Virus record (IMG/VR): IMGVR_UViG_3300037258_000514
Location: 64,001 to 128,000 of that record
Direction: 5' to 3' (one strand)
DNA: 64,000 nt
Source of the DNA: a virus
Under the pieces are notes generated by a model. That model did no database searches, was not told where the DNA came from, and saw nothing but the letters and a program-made list of their open reading frames with translations. Positions 10,009 through 20,615 of the stretch are shown here, piece by piece (positions within the stretch are counted from its first letter, which is position 1; each line of letters begins with the position of its first letter). The position numbers were made by a program, and so were the translations under genes.

Positions 10009-10249
10009 TCATTCTTTCTACTTCGTCGAACCATAGTGCTGTTAACTGTGCTCTGTTGTTAATACCAAGTTTTTTGTAAATTAAGTGGGCAATATTCCGA
10101 AGAGGTTGTCTACCAGACATACCAAGTATCGGATATAGTTCAATGTAAGGCGCTGTTGATGTTGCAAGTATTTCAGCTACTTCTCTTTCGCGAGCTGTTA
10201 ATACAAGCTTGTTAAGCAAAATTTCGTTATTGCAATGCGGACAATTCAT
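9893..10249 (-). CDS. LuxR-type HTH protein
   Basis: LTAREREVAEIL...IYKKLGINNRAQL; likely start MNCPHC. Confidence 0.6.
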   Translation of the reverse strand: MNCPHCNNEILLNKLVLTAREREVAEILATSTAPYIELYPILGMSGRQPLRNIAHLIYKKLGINNRAQLTALWFDEVERMSEGVTLERRETIRDPGTVAGSLGEVGGVVLREKLVESL

Positions 10250-11132
10250 GATTCCCCAGTGTATTAAGAATTTTTCTAGTATCTGTTTCAGGTGTAGCAC
10301 AAAAATCTTTCTTATCTTCGTACATTGTAATCTGCTCGATATAAGTAGAAGGACAATAACTTTGTAATAGCTTTTTTTCGGCTCGTATTATAGAACGAGC
10401 AACTGTTGCATCAGGTCCAATATAAATAGAAGAATAATTAGCTTCACGAATGTATGCAAATAGTGCCGGTGAATAAGCTATCCTACATTTACCAATTACA
10501 TCGAACTGTGTTGTAACAGAAGCTGCTCTTATTCCATCAAGTCCTCCTTCAAGTATAATTAACGACGACGAACCCTGTTTATAAAGAAAAAATCCTCCTT
10601 CATTGGTCCAGGCTTTATAGCGCAGTTCCATGTGAGAACGCATCGCTCTTCCTGTCCAACCGATCGTTAACGGGATGATGAGTCGTCCAGCCCATTTCCC
10701 TTGCTTACTAACGCGCAGATCAAATTGCTTCGCGATTGCTGCTGGGTTGCTAAAGAGTCGCGATGACAAATACGTAAGTGCCTCTTCGCTATCTTCTGCA
10801 GGAGTAAAGTACTGCCACTCTGAGTAATCGCGTGTATCTTCTATGTATGCTTTTCCTGCATCTTCAAACGAAATATTGCCATACTCACTTGCCGGAATTT
10901 TTAGTACTCGTAGTAAGAAAGCTAAGATATTACCTGCATGGCGTGGATTGCGAAAGCAATAGTACTGTCCCGTTTCTTCGCGAATATTCATATGTTCTGA
11001 TTTATCGGAACTCCCACAATAAGGACATTGAATAACAATACTGCCTCTTGACACGTTTTTTCCCGAATCCCTAAAATCAATCTTATATTTTTTAAAGAGA
11101 GATCTTATGTCAAGAGCCATAAAATCCTTCAC
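10227..11132 (-). CDS. DNA primase-like protein (zinc finger + TOPRIM)
   Basis: CPYC...H...CF zinc finger; GWTGRAM; IILEGGLD TOPRIM motif. Confidence 0.75.
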   Translation of the reverse strand: MKDFMALDIRSLFKKYKIDFRDSGKNVSRGSIVIQCPYCGSSDKSEHMNIREETGQYYCFRNPRHAGNILAFLLRVLKIPASEYGNISFEDAGKAYIEDTRDYSEWQYFTPAEDSEEALTYLSSRLFSNPAAIAKQFDLRVSKQGKWAGRLIIPLTIGWTGRAMRSHMELRYKAWTNEGGFFLYKQGSSSLIILEGGLDGIRAASVTTQFDVIGKCRIAYSPALFAYIREANYSSIYIGPDATVARSIIRAEKKLLQSYCPSTYIEQITMYEDKKDFCATPETDTRKILNTLGNHELSALQ

Positions 11133-11775
11133 GCAACAAATTTCTAAATGTATTAGAACGTGATAAAGTTAATCTATACGCTGGAGTAGATCTGCGTAAG
11201 CAACCCTCCGACATTTTCTTCTTAACTTCTGTGCTCTTTGGTTTGTCATAATTTGGGGGCTTAATTCCTTTTGCACGCAGAGAAGCTGAGATTTTATGTC
11301 CCCATGTAATTTTTACATCTTTCATTCTAATAGCTATTGCAGCACGTTCTTCTGATGATTTGACTCGCCCTTTGTTTGCAATAGAAATTTTATGCTTTAC
11401 TTCTTCTGTGCGGGGAATACCTTTTCTCGGTCCTATGCAGCCTTTTTTCGACGCTGAAATCTTGTCTTTTGTTGCTTGTACGTGCTTTCCTCTAGCCCCA
11501 CCATCTTGAATATTATATCCAAATTTTTCATCTTGACTTTTAAGAGCAGCGATGAGAAGAATTTCTAGAAAATTTAACTGCTGTTGATTCTCAGCATGAA
11601 ATATTTCTTCAATAGAAAAATTACTAATACCATACTTACGCATAGCGGAGTATAGAGGGAAATTTGCGCTGTTTTTATCAGAAAGATGAGTTAACCACCT
11701 TTCGTTAATTGAAAGCGTAGATTGTCCAACATACACTTTACAATTAACTTTATTTATAATTTTATAAATTACCAT
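11110..11775 (-). CDS. GIY-YIG homing endonuclease with NUMOD3 repeats
   Basis: VIYKI...VYVGQS; GYN; TKDKIS and EEVKHKIS repeats. Confidence 0.85.
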   Translation of the reverse strand: MVIYKIINKVNCKVYVGQSTLSINERWLTHLSDKNSANFPLYSAMRKYGISNFSIEEIFHAENQQQLNFLEILLIAALKSQDEKFGYNIQDGGARGKHVQATKDKISASKKGCIGPRKGIPRTEEVKHKISIANKGRVKSSEERAAIAIRMKDVKITWGHKISASLRAKGIKPPNYDKPKSTEVKKKMSEGCLRRSTPAYRLTLSRSNTFRNLLREGFYGS

Positions 11776-11971
11776 GGCATCCTTCCAAACTGTGCGTAAA
11801 ATTGCTGTATAGACAATACTTCAACCTTTAAACATCTACCGCACACTCTAGCAGGCGTCGGAATCAATCTCACTTTTGCAGGTAAAAAATCTTTGTTCTT
11901 TCTAACAGCTGGACGCCATTGCTTATGAGGACATAAACTTTGAGATAGTAATGCAACAATTCGACTAAGCA

Positions 11972-12367
11972 TCAAACGTCCCTTTCTACTAAACTATTCT
12001 GCGTAGGCTGAATCAGATATAGTAACATTTTACTTTCAGCATAACCAGGAAAAGACCTGTCAGTTGCTTCATGTATAAGACTAACGCTATCGACTACTGT
12101 CTTTAGCGTGACAGGTAATCCTAATACACCCTTAATGTAGGAATTAAGGCACCGAAGCAACTGACTGGTAAGAGCAAGACGCTCATTTTTAGTTAACTGC
12201 CGCTTTACACCGGATGATATAAAGCCCGCCGTATCATCTGCTGCATCATGAAGACGTTCTTTTCCGATTCTCTTCTCAAGACGCTCATCGTTTTGGCCTC
12301 TCAACATCGGAATCAATTCCCGAAGACATTCTAAGAAGATAGGCGAGTTGAGCGTGTCCGATTCCAT
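11972..12367 (-). CDS. hypothetical protein
   Basis: 131-aa ORF just downstream of a promoter. Confidence 0.55.
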   Translation of the reverse strand: MESDTLNSPIFLECLRELIPMLRGQNDERLEKRIGKERLHDAADDTAGFISSGVKRQLTKNERLALTSQLLRCLNSYIKGVLGLPVTLKTVVDSVSLIHEATDRSFPGYAESKMLLYLIQPTQNSLVERDV

Positions 12368-12381
12368 AAATTAATAATGAT

Positions 12382-12411
12382 ATAATAATAAATTATCGCA
12401 TTATTTGTCAA
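12382..12411 (-). promoter_or_regulatory. sigma70-like promoter
   Basis: TTGACA-18 nt-TATTAT. Confidence 0.55.
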
Positions 12412-12669
12412 GCTTTTCTTTGAGACGCTCTTTGATGTTATCAGTTTGATATGCACGGAATTGTTGAATTATCGGAGAGAGATCTGTTGAGTTGTAAAGA
12501 AGTGTTGCAGCTGATCTTCTGTATGTAGCTTTGCGACTATTCTTTAGTTTTTTCCATGTAGCTTCATCGTATCCTGCAAGTACTCGAGCTGCTGCTTCGA
12601 GAAGTAACTGCTCTTCGTCTACTGAAGTGATAACATGAGAACGCCCTAAAACATTAAACGTACGTGTAA

Positions 12670-13104
12670 TCATTCATTTAACCTCCTTATAGCTTCATCT
12701 GCTTGTGCAGCTGTTAATCCTTCTACGAACTTCGTTTGAATTAGATAGGGCAGTAAATTACCCATATCCTTATCATCGTCAAGAATTATAAACTTTTCCA
12801 CATCAATATGTTCTTTAAGCCATTCTGTAATTTCCTGACCGCGAATCCACTGCCAGTTTACAATTGTCCTATCAACAACATCCGCATTTACTCCCCATAT
12901 CCCGAAGAGAGCGCGAAGTTCACTAACAGTTCGTCCTATACGCCAACAACTAGAAACTACAACTACTGCATGTGTTTGTTCGAGAATTTTATTAAGGTTT
13001 GCAACACATACAACATCAACGACTCCAAAACCAATTTTACAGGAAGCTCTATTGATTAGTACACCGTCTACATCAAGAAAGATTACTTTCATTTGGCATC
13101 TCAC
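12670..13104 (-). CDS. HAD phosphatase of the Swiss-Army-knife RNA-repair type
   Basis: IFLDVDGVL, VVSSCWR, RGQEI..WL, FIILDDD. Confidence 0.85.
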   Translation of the reverse strand: MRCQMKVIFLDVDGVLINRASCKIGFGVVDVVCVANLNKILEQTHAVVVVSSCWRIGRTVSELRALFGIWGVNADVVDRTIVNWQWIRGQEITEWLKEHIDVEKFIILDDDKDMGNLLPYLIQTKFVEGLTAAQADEAIRRLNE

Positions 13105-13199
13105 TTATTAAACACAGTTCGCCTGGTAAAAGCGAAATACGCTGTTGTTAGAGTTTCTAAATCCCAATTCTGCTTCAATATTTGTTAAATCTTTAATTT

Positions 13200-13538
13200 T
13201 CATAGCTTCCTTTGTTTTATTTCTGCGCCCCTCACCGTACCAAATCCAACATTAAACATAGCTTCATCACCGGATTTACAATCACAAGGTAGATCGTTGT
13301 TGCCTGTTTCAATTACACCTGTATCATTACACTTCGGACATGGTGTATAGATATGTTGCTGTTTGATATCCGCTTCAGCTTGCTGATAACCAGTCTTATA
13401 TCCTGTCCATCTTTCTTGAAGCCACGATTCAATATAGTGACCTTCAGGATTGGCTGGTCTACTACGCATCAATCTTACACGAGGCAATTCTTGTATAATT
13501 GCTTTCTCAAACTTCTGACGAATTATATCTAAGTTCAT
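13200..13538 (-). CDS. hypothetical protein
   Basis: ORF with CPKC..CDC; AAGGAG RBS. Confidence 0.5.
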   Translation of the reverse strand: MNLDIIRQKFEKAIIQELPRVRLMRSRPANPEGHYIESWLQERWTGYKTGYQQAEADIKQQHIYTPCPKCNDTGVIETGNNDLPCDCKSGDEAMFNVGFGTVRGAEIKQRKL

Positions 13539-13580
13539 TTTTACTCCTTTCGCGGATTTTTAATCCAATAGTTTCACTTT

Positions 13581-14093
13581 CTAGTTTATAATCCTCTTTC
13601 TAGGTTTTACGGTAGCATCACGCGCCTGCCATCCTTCCCACGCAGCCTGAAGTTTCTCTTGGATATAACGAATCGGGAATTCAGGATCACGTCTCATCCA
13701 CAAACTATCTTTAGATACATTCCAATTCAAACAAGCCCATTCTTCAAAGAATAACTGTGAATTCCATTCTTTTGAAACAGGTTTTGGTGGAGGAGTAGGT
13801 TGTTCGCTCCTAGCCTTGATTTTTGGAGGTTGTGGATTAGGATTGTTCTTTTCTACTTCTTTTAAGTTGATAGCAGCACTAGCCCAAGCCTCTTCAGGAG
13901 AATTACCATTCCCGGCAGCTTCCCGAGAATGAGGAGAAAGCATAACAACATACTTTCTAATCAATCCTGGACGCCAATTGGTTTCTAATGTTTCCGGGTT
14001 GCAGTGTGCAAGTGGGTATTTGGATACAACGTAGTTTACATCATCTTGATTTTTAAGAGGATCCATTTTAAATAACACCTCTGAAGTAGTCAA
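13581..14093 (-). CDS. hypothetical protein
   Basis: 170-aa ORF. Confidence 0.5.
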   Translation of the reverse strand: MTTSEVLFKMDPLKNQDDVNYVVSKYPLAHCNPETLETNWRPGLIRKYVVMLSPHSREAAGNGNSPEEAWASAAINLKEVEKNNPNPQPPKIKARSEQPTPPPKPVSKEWNSQLFFEEWACLNWNVSKDSLWMRRDPEFPIRYIQEKLQAAWEGWQARDATVKPRKRIIN

Positions 14094-14408
14094 TAACTCC
14101 GGCTACAGGAAGTAAAGCAATGCTTATCCATACAATAATCTCTAATACACTCATAACATACTTACCATTTTCTATCTTTGAAACACAAAAGTTTCTGTTA
14201 GACTTAGATTGCATAACTTGCTTCTTCATATAATTTACTATACCAGATTTTATAGCATTACTCAATTTTTCGCTTGACTTTTTACCGGTTGTAATATAGA
14301 TTAATAATGCAGGAAGCATACGCTCTATCCATATCAGAGCCCGCTCGCATCTGGTTTGCTCAGCACATTCCAAAAAGCAGCGGGCTTTGGTATGTGTCAA
14401 AAAACCGC

Positions 14409-14438
14409 TTGACAAGTCTACAATAAATCCTTTAGTAT
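14409..14438 (+). promoter_or_regulatory. sigma70-like promoter for the plus-strand endonuclease
   Basis: TTGACA-18 nt-TAGTAT. Confidence 0.5.
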
Positions 14439-14532
14439 AAACCCGGCTGAGCAAACTTAATCCTGTCAAAGTTAGCTCAACAGAACACTTAAAACTTTAG
14501 AAAGAAAAGCATTTTTGCTTCCTTAGCTCTGT

Positions 14533-15075
14533 ATGGAAAGGAAAAAAACGGGCGCAGAGTACAGAGAACTTTCATTACAATATGCTACTCACACAGTTAC
14601 ACCTCAACAACAATGCGTTAATAAATCTGCTAACGCATTGTTAAGAAAACCAAAGAAAAAGAAAAAGATAAAACAAAAAAGACCTACACAGTTAGGCGAT
14701 TATCGTTTAATGAATTTACAGATTCGTATTAAGCAATCTGAAAATCATTACATTGATAAACATGAATTTGCCAAAATGCTTTTCCGTAGAATGACAACGG
14801 AAGAAAAACTAATTTTACCTGAACTCACTGCTCTCGGGTTTGTTCCTCAACAAGTTGTCTTTGGTTTTATTCCTGATTTTTGGCTTCCGACAAAGAAAAT
14901 TATAGTTGAAATTGACGGAGGCTATCATACTGCACGAAAGCAACTTGTAGCCGATCGTGAGCGCGATGAAATATTTCGGCGTAACGAATATAAAGTATTA
15001 CGATTTACTAATGATGAAGTCTCTAACAATCTAAAGATGGTTGTAGAGCAAATTAAAAAGGTAGTTCTTGTATGA
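14533..15075 (+). CDS. DUF559/Vsr-like endonuclease
   Basis: FIPDFWLP..KIIVEIDGGYH...DRERD...YKVLRFTN; the only credible plus-strand gene. Confidence 0.85.
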   Translation: MERKKTGAEYRELSLQYATHTVTPQQQCVNKSANALLRKPKKKKKIKQKRPTQLGDYRLMNLQIRIKQSENHYIDKHEFAKMLFRRMTTEEKLILPELTALGFVPQQVVFGFIPDFWLPTKKIIVEIDGGYHTARKQLVADRERDEIFRRNEYKVLRFTNDEVSNNLKMVVEQIKKVVLV

Positions 15076-15533
15076 GAGTATTCCGAACCCCGGGTTTCCA
15101 GAAAGCTGGTTTAGTCCCACACTTCTCGTTATCACTTGATAATACCCGCAAATATTTTAACATGCCGGTAATACTTGGTTGTACTAGATTGAGCAACGGT
15201 GATGCGGTGTCCCGCTAACTGACTCAACTATCTTGTATTGAGATGGTGAATTACTAACAAGGAATACTTGCAAGGGCGAGCACTTTACCCGTACTGATCG
15301 CTTACAAACTGATCGGGATAACTACTGCTTTGAAATGAACGTTCACACAAACCCTACATGTTACGCTCTGCTACGCTCTACACAGAAGAAATACAAAAAG
15401 AAAGTCGGTTGCGACTTCTGCAACCGACGGAGCGAAGCGACATCGTAGTGGTTAATCGTAGTAGTTGGTTGTAAAGCAACACGCTGTACCCAACCCACAT
15501 CTCTATTCCGCAGCAAACACCTAGATAGTACTC

Positions 15534-16060
15534 TTATGCGAAAATTCTAAGCGAAGTTCCACACTCAGCACAAAACTTAGTGTTACTTTTATTTTGCCGC
15601 CCGCATGAAATGCATGTCTGTTTCGTTTCGACCGTTACAGGACGTGAGACGTGTTTGCCCTTTACCTGTCCCACTAAGTGGAATACAAGTACATGGCTTT
15701 GGGATTCGGTGGCGAAGTTTTCACCCCAGACGAATTGTTGATTGCTTTCGGCGCCCGGTACCGTTATTCCTACGTCTGAGACATCCTCAACACAACTCTT
15801 CATAAATTCGCCGGAGTTAAATGTGCACCCAGCGGATGATGAAGATACTGCATTTGTAAACGTAGTTGTGTGTACTGCTGTACTATCAAACTGATTGCCC
15901 TGATATTCCGGATGTGTGCGGTCCTGAAGAAGTTCTTGTACGTGTTGGATGTGATATCGTTCTTTGGTCGCTCTTCATCCATATAGGGCGCCACGGATCG
16001 GGATCAGTTCTTCTGCGTCTTCGATCAGGAATAGGAATATTAACCCCATCGTCTGATAGA
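15534..16060 (-). pseudogene. probable frameshifted remnant of a phage protein with C-terminal zinc ribbon
   Basis: C-terminal GITVPG...CISCG..N....FCAECGT; protein-like upstream sequence lies in a different frame. Confidence 0.35.
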
Positions 16061-16139
16061 TGTTATACGTTGATATTGTTGTCCTCTGCGTTCCTTTGTT
16101 TTGTAAAAATCTGTGTTTATTCTTACTACCTGACCAATC

Positions 16140-16583
16140 TTAAATTTGGGAACTTCTTTTTTCTTTGTTTTCGTCAATTTTCGCTCCTGTTGAGTGGCAG
16201 TGCGGACCTGAAAACTTTAAGAAACACGTAGGACAAACATCATGTTTTAATAATTCGGCTTCAAGTGTTTCAACTCTAAGTTTAGACTTCGCTAGATCAG
16301 CACGCAGTTGACTAAGATGAAGTCTCGTGGCAGCATCTATCCACGCCTCACTAGCACTCTTACCTTCTCCATCAATTCCTGACCAGTAGCTAGCACGTAT
16401 TACCATGTAAACAAGTCGTTCGCCTTGTCCAGGCCAGAATGCTTTAACGGGACCGCCAGAACACGTCGCTGTCGGCCAGATAGATAAAACATATTTTTTT
16501 GCTGATAAGGCTTTCTCTGAAAGCGTTGTTGTATCTGGTTCGGGTGCATCATTGTTTTTAATTACTTTTGTCTTCCAAAACAT
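16140..16583 (-). CDS. hypothetical protein
   Basis: 147-aa ORF; AGGAG RBS. Confidence 0.55.
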   Translation of the reverse strand: MFWKTKVIKNNDAPEPDTTTLSEKALSAKKYVLSIWPTATCSGGPVKAFWPGQGERLVYMVIRASYWSGIDGEGKSASEAWIDAATRLHLSQLRADLAKSKLRVETLEAELLKHDVCPTCFLKFSGPHCHSTGAKIDENKEKRSSQI

Positions 16584-16591
16584 CTGTGCTC

Positions 16592-16990
16592 CTATGCTAC
16601 TGAAATTCGAGGATCAATTACTGCGGGCCATGTATTGTTATCTGGAGGCTGAAGTTGTTTGTTAGGTTCTGTTAAGGGAACTGTTACATGTATCTCAGCT
16701 GTGCACGTACTCTCTTGCATATCTAGTGTTGAACTCAGACTATAGTAGTAAGTCTCCCCTGCTTTTACATCTTCATCCATGTACCAATGTTTTCCTGAAG
16801 CTGTATTTGCTAGAAAAGATTTTCTGCATGAATGATGTTCAACTGTGCTTCTATAGATAGTTGTATAACAGTGAGCGCAGAGATCTTGATGCCATTGTAT
16901 CAGTACGGCGTGTCTGTATTTAGATTGATACTGAGGAGTCGTGCCGCAACTGAATAGAGTGATAAGTAGGAGTGTAAGTGCATATTTCAT
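16592..16990 (-). CDS. putative lipoprotein with FN3-like segment
   Basis: lipobox LFSC; YMDEDVKAGETYYY. Confidence 0.5.
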   Translation of the reverse strand: MKYALTLLLITLFSCGTTPQYQSKYRHAVLIQWHQDLCAHCYTTIYRSTVEHHSCRKSFLANTASGKHWYMDEDVKAGETYYYSLSSTLDMQESTCTAEIHVTVPLTEPNKQLQPPDNNTWPAVIDPRISVA

Positions 16991-16993
16991 AAG

Positions 16994-17069
16994 TGGTGTC
17001 CCCGCTGGGATTCAAACCCAGATTTCCGGTTTCGTAGACCAGCGCCTTGTTCAATTGGACTACGGGGAC
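16994..17069 (-). tRNA. tRNA-Arg(ACG)
   Basis: cloverleaf, loop CT-ACG-AA, encoded CCA. Confidence 0.9.
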
Positions 17070-17480
17070 GTTTACTTTAATAAGTTTGGCATTGTCTCTT
17101 TGTAGTTATCAACTGTAACTAAATTACCATTCGATGCAACAAGTATTGGGAATCCCTTGTTAGTATCGCATTCAAAAGCTATACCGCATCCAGGACAATG
17201 TTTAATCCAAGGATAGGCGATGATCTGAAACGTTTTACAGTTTGAACACCGCATTCGTAGAGCTGTTACTTCAAAATGGGGTTCATTTATTATTTGTAAA
17301 TTTGCCGCGTGCGCCTACCTTCCAATCAATTGCCTGCTGGTGATCTAACGTTACGCAGTCTGCTACACTGTCGTAGACGGCGATTAATCCGCTTAGATCA
17401 GTCATGTTAAGCTCTTCTTTAACCTGGTCAAATGTAAGACGTTTTTCTGAGTCAAGAACAATGTATATTAGCATAAGTTT

Positions 17481-17556
17481 TGGTGCTAGCACTCGGATTC
17501 AAACCGAGATCTATTACTTAGGAGGTAATTGTCCTCTTCAATTGGACGATGCCAGC
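17481..17556 (-). tRNA. tRNA-Arg(CCT)
   Basis: cloverleaf, loop CT-CCT-AA, CCA. Confidence 0.9.
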
Positions 17557-17888
17557 TTTTCTTTATTTGCAGCCTGAAAACTTTTTTCGCGTTCTTCTTT
17601 ACAATGAGCGCATCCCGCGCATTCGATGTCGGCAATATCAAACTGTAAAAGTCTTTGTGGTTTGCCTTTAAATGTTTTGCAAAACTCTTGTACTACGGCT
17701 TGTGTTGAGTAATGCTGAGCTTCTTTCCAAGCTTCCCAGCGCTCCTCAAGATAGTTGTCAAGATAGCTGCCATGTTCCGTGCGCTGAAGTCCCTGTAACG
17801 GATGGACCCATCCGTTAAGAACCGCACGCTCTTCAAACTGTTCTCTCTGCGTCATTGTATTTTGTCTGCACAATCCACAAGATCGCAT
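17538..17888 (-). CDS. hypothetical protein
   Basis: ORF whose stop lies inside tRNA-Arg(CCT). Confidence 0.5.
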   Translation of the reverse strand: MRSCGLCRQNTMTQREQFEERAVLNGWVHPLQGLQRTEHGSYLDNYLEERWEAWKEAQHYSTQAVVQEFCKTFKGKPQRLLQFDIADIECAGCAHCKEEREKSFQAANKEKLASSN

Positions 17889-18259
17889 AGGATAGCTTTC
17901 ACAAAATCTTTGCCCATGCGTTCAGCATCAATTTCTACTTTGCCATCACTTCTTGTATGGAAAGTAATTTGTCCAAAACCGATTCCAGGTACGGACCAGT
18001 TAAGTTCAACCCACTGTCCACCATGGAATGTATGTTCCTTTCCTGCACTATCAATTCCGATTGTATCAGGACGATAGCCTACCGATCCAATTTTAACAAA
18101 TGAGGCGTGGACATTTCCTTTTTCTACTTCTTCGATCTTAACAGTTCCAATATTGTTTAGATCTGCTCCCTTTGGGAGTATAACAGATGCGGCTGTTGAT
18201 GCAAGTTTTTCTTTAATTTCTACTTCAGTTAAAGGAGCGGGTATGTGTTTTTTAATCAT
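17852..18259 (-). CDS. hypothetical protein
   Basis: 135-aa ORF. Confidence 0.55.
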   Translation of the reverse strand: MIKKHIPAPLTEVEIKEKLASTAASVILPKGADLNNIGTVKIEEVEKGNVHASFVKIGSVGYRPDTIGIDSAGKEHTFHGGQWVELNWSVPGIGFGQITFHTRSDGKVEIDAERMGKDFVKAILCDLVDCADKIQ

Positions 18260-18284
18260 TGGATTTTATCTAAACTCGGTAAAA

Positions 18285-18359
18285 TGGAGGAGCTAGCCGG
18301 ATTCGAACCGACGTTCACGGCTTAGAAGGCCATGTCCTGTCCTATTGGATGATAGCCCC
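18285..18359 (-). tRNA. tRNA-Arg(TCT)
   Basis: cloverleaf, loop CT-TCT-AA, CCA. Confidence 0.9.
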
Positions 18360-18383
18360 GATCTTATATAATTACCTGTAATT

Positions 18384-18458
18384 TGGTAGGGCCAGCGGGA
18401 GTTGAACCCGCATCCCGGGATTGAGAAACCCGTCGCCTAACCGTTAGCAGATGGCCCC
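18384..18458 (-). tRNA. tRNA-Glu(CTC)
   Basis: cloverleaf, loop TT-CTC-AA, CCA. Confidence 0.85.
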
Positions 18459-18826
18459 ACATAGCGTTTGTAAGCAGCATCCATTACAAAAGTTATATTC
18501 ATTTTGCCTACGGGATTCATTGAGTGAACTAAGTAGTTTTTCGGAAGTTGTCCTTGTTCAATTAACCACTTAGCACAATCGTATCCCGTTTTCTCCTGAA
18601 AAATTTCGTAAGGAATTTTAACTTCATTTAGTTTTTTATCAATCTCTGCATATGCAACAACATCGCAATAGTGTTGGTAGTGTTCGGTTCCAAGATCGTG
18701 GTCGAAACTGATTACGTCCGGTACGCCGTGAAGCTCGATGTAGGCAATAAATTCTTCGTATGATCGAACCACGTCCCAAGTAAAATCAGGTGGAAGTCTA
18801 CTATCATCTAAAAATAGCTTTCTCAT
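18437..18826 (-). CDS. cyclic-phosphate-processing receiver-domain protein
   Basis: LFLDD.R, ISFDHDLG, TGYDCAKWL, VHSMNPVG. Confidence 0.85.
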   Translation of the reverse strand: MRKLFLDDSRLPPDFTWDVVRSYEEFIAYIELHGVPDVISFDHDLGTEHYQHYCDVVAYAEIDKKLNEVKIPYEIFQEKTGYDCAKWLIEQGQLPKNYLVHSMNPVGKMNITFVMDAAYKRYVGPSANG

Positions 18827-19152
18827 TTCAACATCCTCTCATATTGTTGCGTTTGTTTATCATATTGTTGCGTTATTTTACGCAGTTGATGAATATGAAT
18901 TATTTCGAACGTTATTCTTACGATCATTAAAATTGCAATTAAAATAAGAAAGCGAAAGTGGTGATTAGACCTTTTCATTCAACACTCCCCAACTCGATCC
19001 TACGGCATAAGTGGGGAAACCGCATTCTTTTAAGTTAGAGCTTACCCATGCCGCGATTTCTTCATTTGTCTTTCCGTGCATATGTGCTGCTGCTTTAATT
19101 GCAAATTCGAAACACAGATCAACGAGTTTTTGTTTTTCGTTTATCATAAATT

Positions 19153-19230
19153 TGGTGGGGGCCGTGGGATTCGAACCCACTACCTTCCGCTTAAAAGGCG
19201 GTAGCTGCAATCCTTATGAGCTTCGCCCCC
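19153..19230 (-). tRNA. tRNA-Lys(TTT)
   Basis: cloverleaf, loop CT-TTT-AA, CCA. Confidence 0.85.
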
Positions 19231-19286
19231 ATCTAAGATGTGTTAAGTATTTCTACAGCTACAAAACGTTTCATTTATTCTCCTTT

Positions 19287-19826
19287 CTAAATATATACTG
19301 TCTTCATATATTGTTCAAATCGCATTGCACTCAATCTTATGGCGTAAGCATAAGCCTCGTCTTGCTCTTTTGTAATCGTAAGTTTTCCATTCTTATCACG
19401 CGGTAGATGTTGCATGTAAAACTTTATTCCACCTTCCATCGCATTCCTAACTCCTGGTTGGCGAACATAAACTTTATACTTCTTATCGCTCGGTTCAATT
19501 TCAACCACAGATTGATAGGAAGCATCAGGATCTGCACTTATACATCTGTTAATTAAAGCAAATAGATCGTCAGGATGTAACGAACCGCAAAAACTACACA
19601 CACGATTTCCATTTAATTTAAACTTATGCCATCTATCCAATCCTTTTGTGTGTTCCCAAGAACCGATTCCCTGCATTCTACGTCCGCACGTTATAGGCTC
19701 AGATAGCGTATCAACCAAGCTTAAGTACGTAGGTTCTTCTTCTATTATTCCACTACATCCAACAGTCTGACATTTTTCCCCGAGAACATCAGTTGAGCGT
19801 CCTATTAAGCATTTTTTGCAATACAT
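19287..19826 (-). CDS. hypothetical Cys-rich protein
   Basis: 179-aa ORF; AGGAG RBS. Confidence 0.55.
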   Translation of the reverse strand: MYCKKCLIGRSTDVLGEKCQTVGCSGIIEEEPTYLSLVDTLSEPITCGRRMQGIGSWEHTKGLDRWHKFKLNGNRVCSFCGSLHPDDLFALINRCISADPDASYQSVVEIEPSDKKYKVYVRQPGVRNAMEGGIKFYMQHLPRDKNGKLTITKEQDEAYAYAIRLSAMRFEQYMKTVYI

Positions 19827-19842
19827 ATGGCTCCTAAGAAGT

Positions 19843-19920
19843 TGGTGGACCGCCCGGGAATTGAACCCGGAACCTTCCGCTTAAGAGGCGGTTGCTCTCA
19901 GCCTATTGAGCTAGCGGTCC
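19843..19920 (-). tRNA. tRNA-Lys(CTT)
   Basis: cloverleaf, loop CT-CTT-AA, CCA. Confidence 0.9.
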
Positions 19921-20615
19921 CCTTTTTAAAATTAACTAAAATTCTTGTTGTTTTTGCATTAAAAGTGTTTTTCTATTACAACGTGCTATCCTCCCTTCCA
20001 TTTCAGATCAACACTTAGTGATAGGGCTGTTGAAGCCAACTCTGGCATCACTGTCGTACGCTGTTGAAAATCTAAGCCTTTTTAGGTTCAGGCTCTTCGA
20101 ATCTTTTTACTTCCGCTTTCGGATCCATTTTGTGAACTACAGGCTCCTTGAAAGCATAGACTTCGTGGAAGAATTTCTCCAAGAATTCTGCTGTTACTTC
20201 ACCTGCAGTTTCAAATTCAACAAGAATACGTTTCCTGTCGCCTACGATGTTTTCCGATTTGAGAATTTTAACATTACTTATACGTGCCATTTCTTCTCCT
20301 ATTGAGGTATATCTGAAAGTTGACCGATAGCGTTTTTAATTGTATTAAGTGCGTTCAAGTCATTACACGTTATACCAGAAATAGCTTTCATTGCTCGTTC
20401 CCTCATACTAACTGCGCCTCCAGTATAACCAGCCTGGAAGATTTGAAATTGTGTTGCGCTCTTGTTATCGTTTAATAGCTTGTTAAAAGCATCGTTCAGT
20501 TTATCAGCCATTGTTCTCCTTTGTTTTTCATTCTCTTGTCCCTGTTCCCAACTTGTAGCAGCGCGCATTCCTTCTTGTACACCTAGGTACAAGCCTTCAT
20601 TTGTACTCCTGAAAT

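Noticed and set aside
17255-17275. plus-strand CGTAGAGCTGTTACTTC resembling the 5' half of the Y scaffold
   Set aside because: Wrong strand, no GTGGCG and no TTCCC partner strand.
18840-18874. CATATTGTTGCGTT direct repeat x2
   Set aside because: Only two copies, 21 nt apart, consistent with a short coding repeat; no further support.
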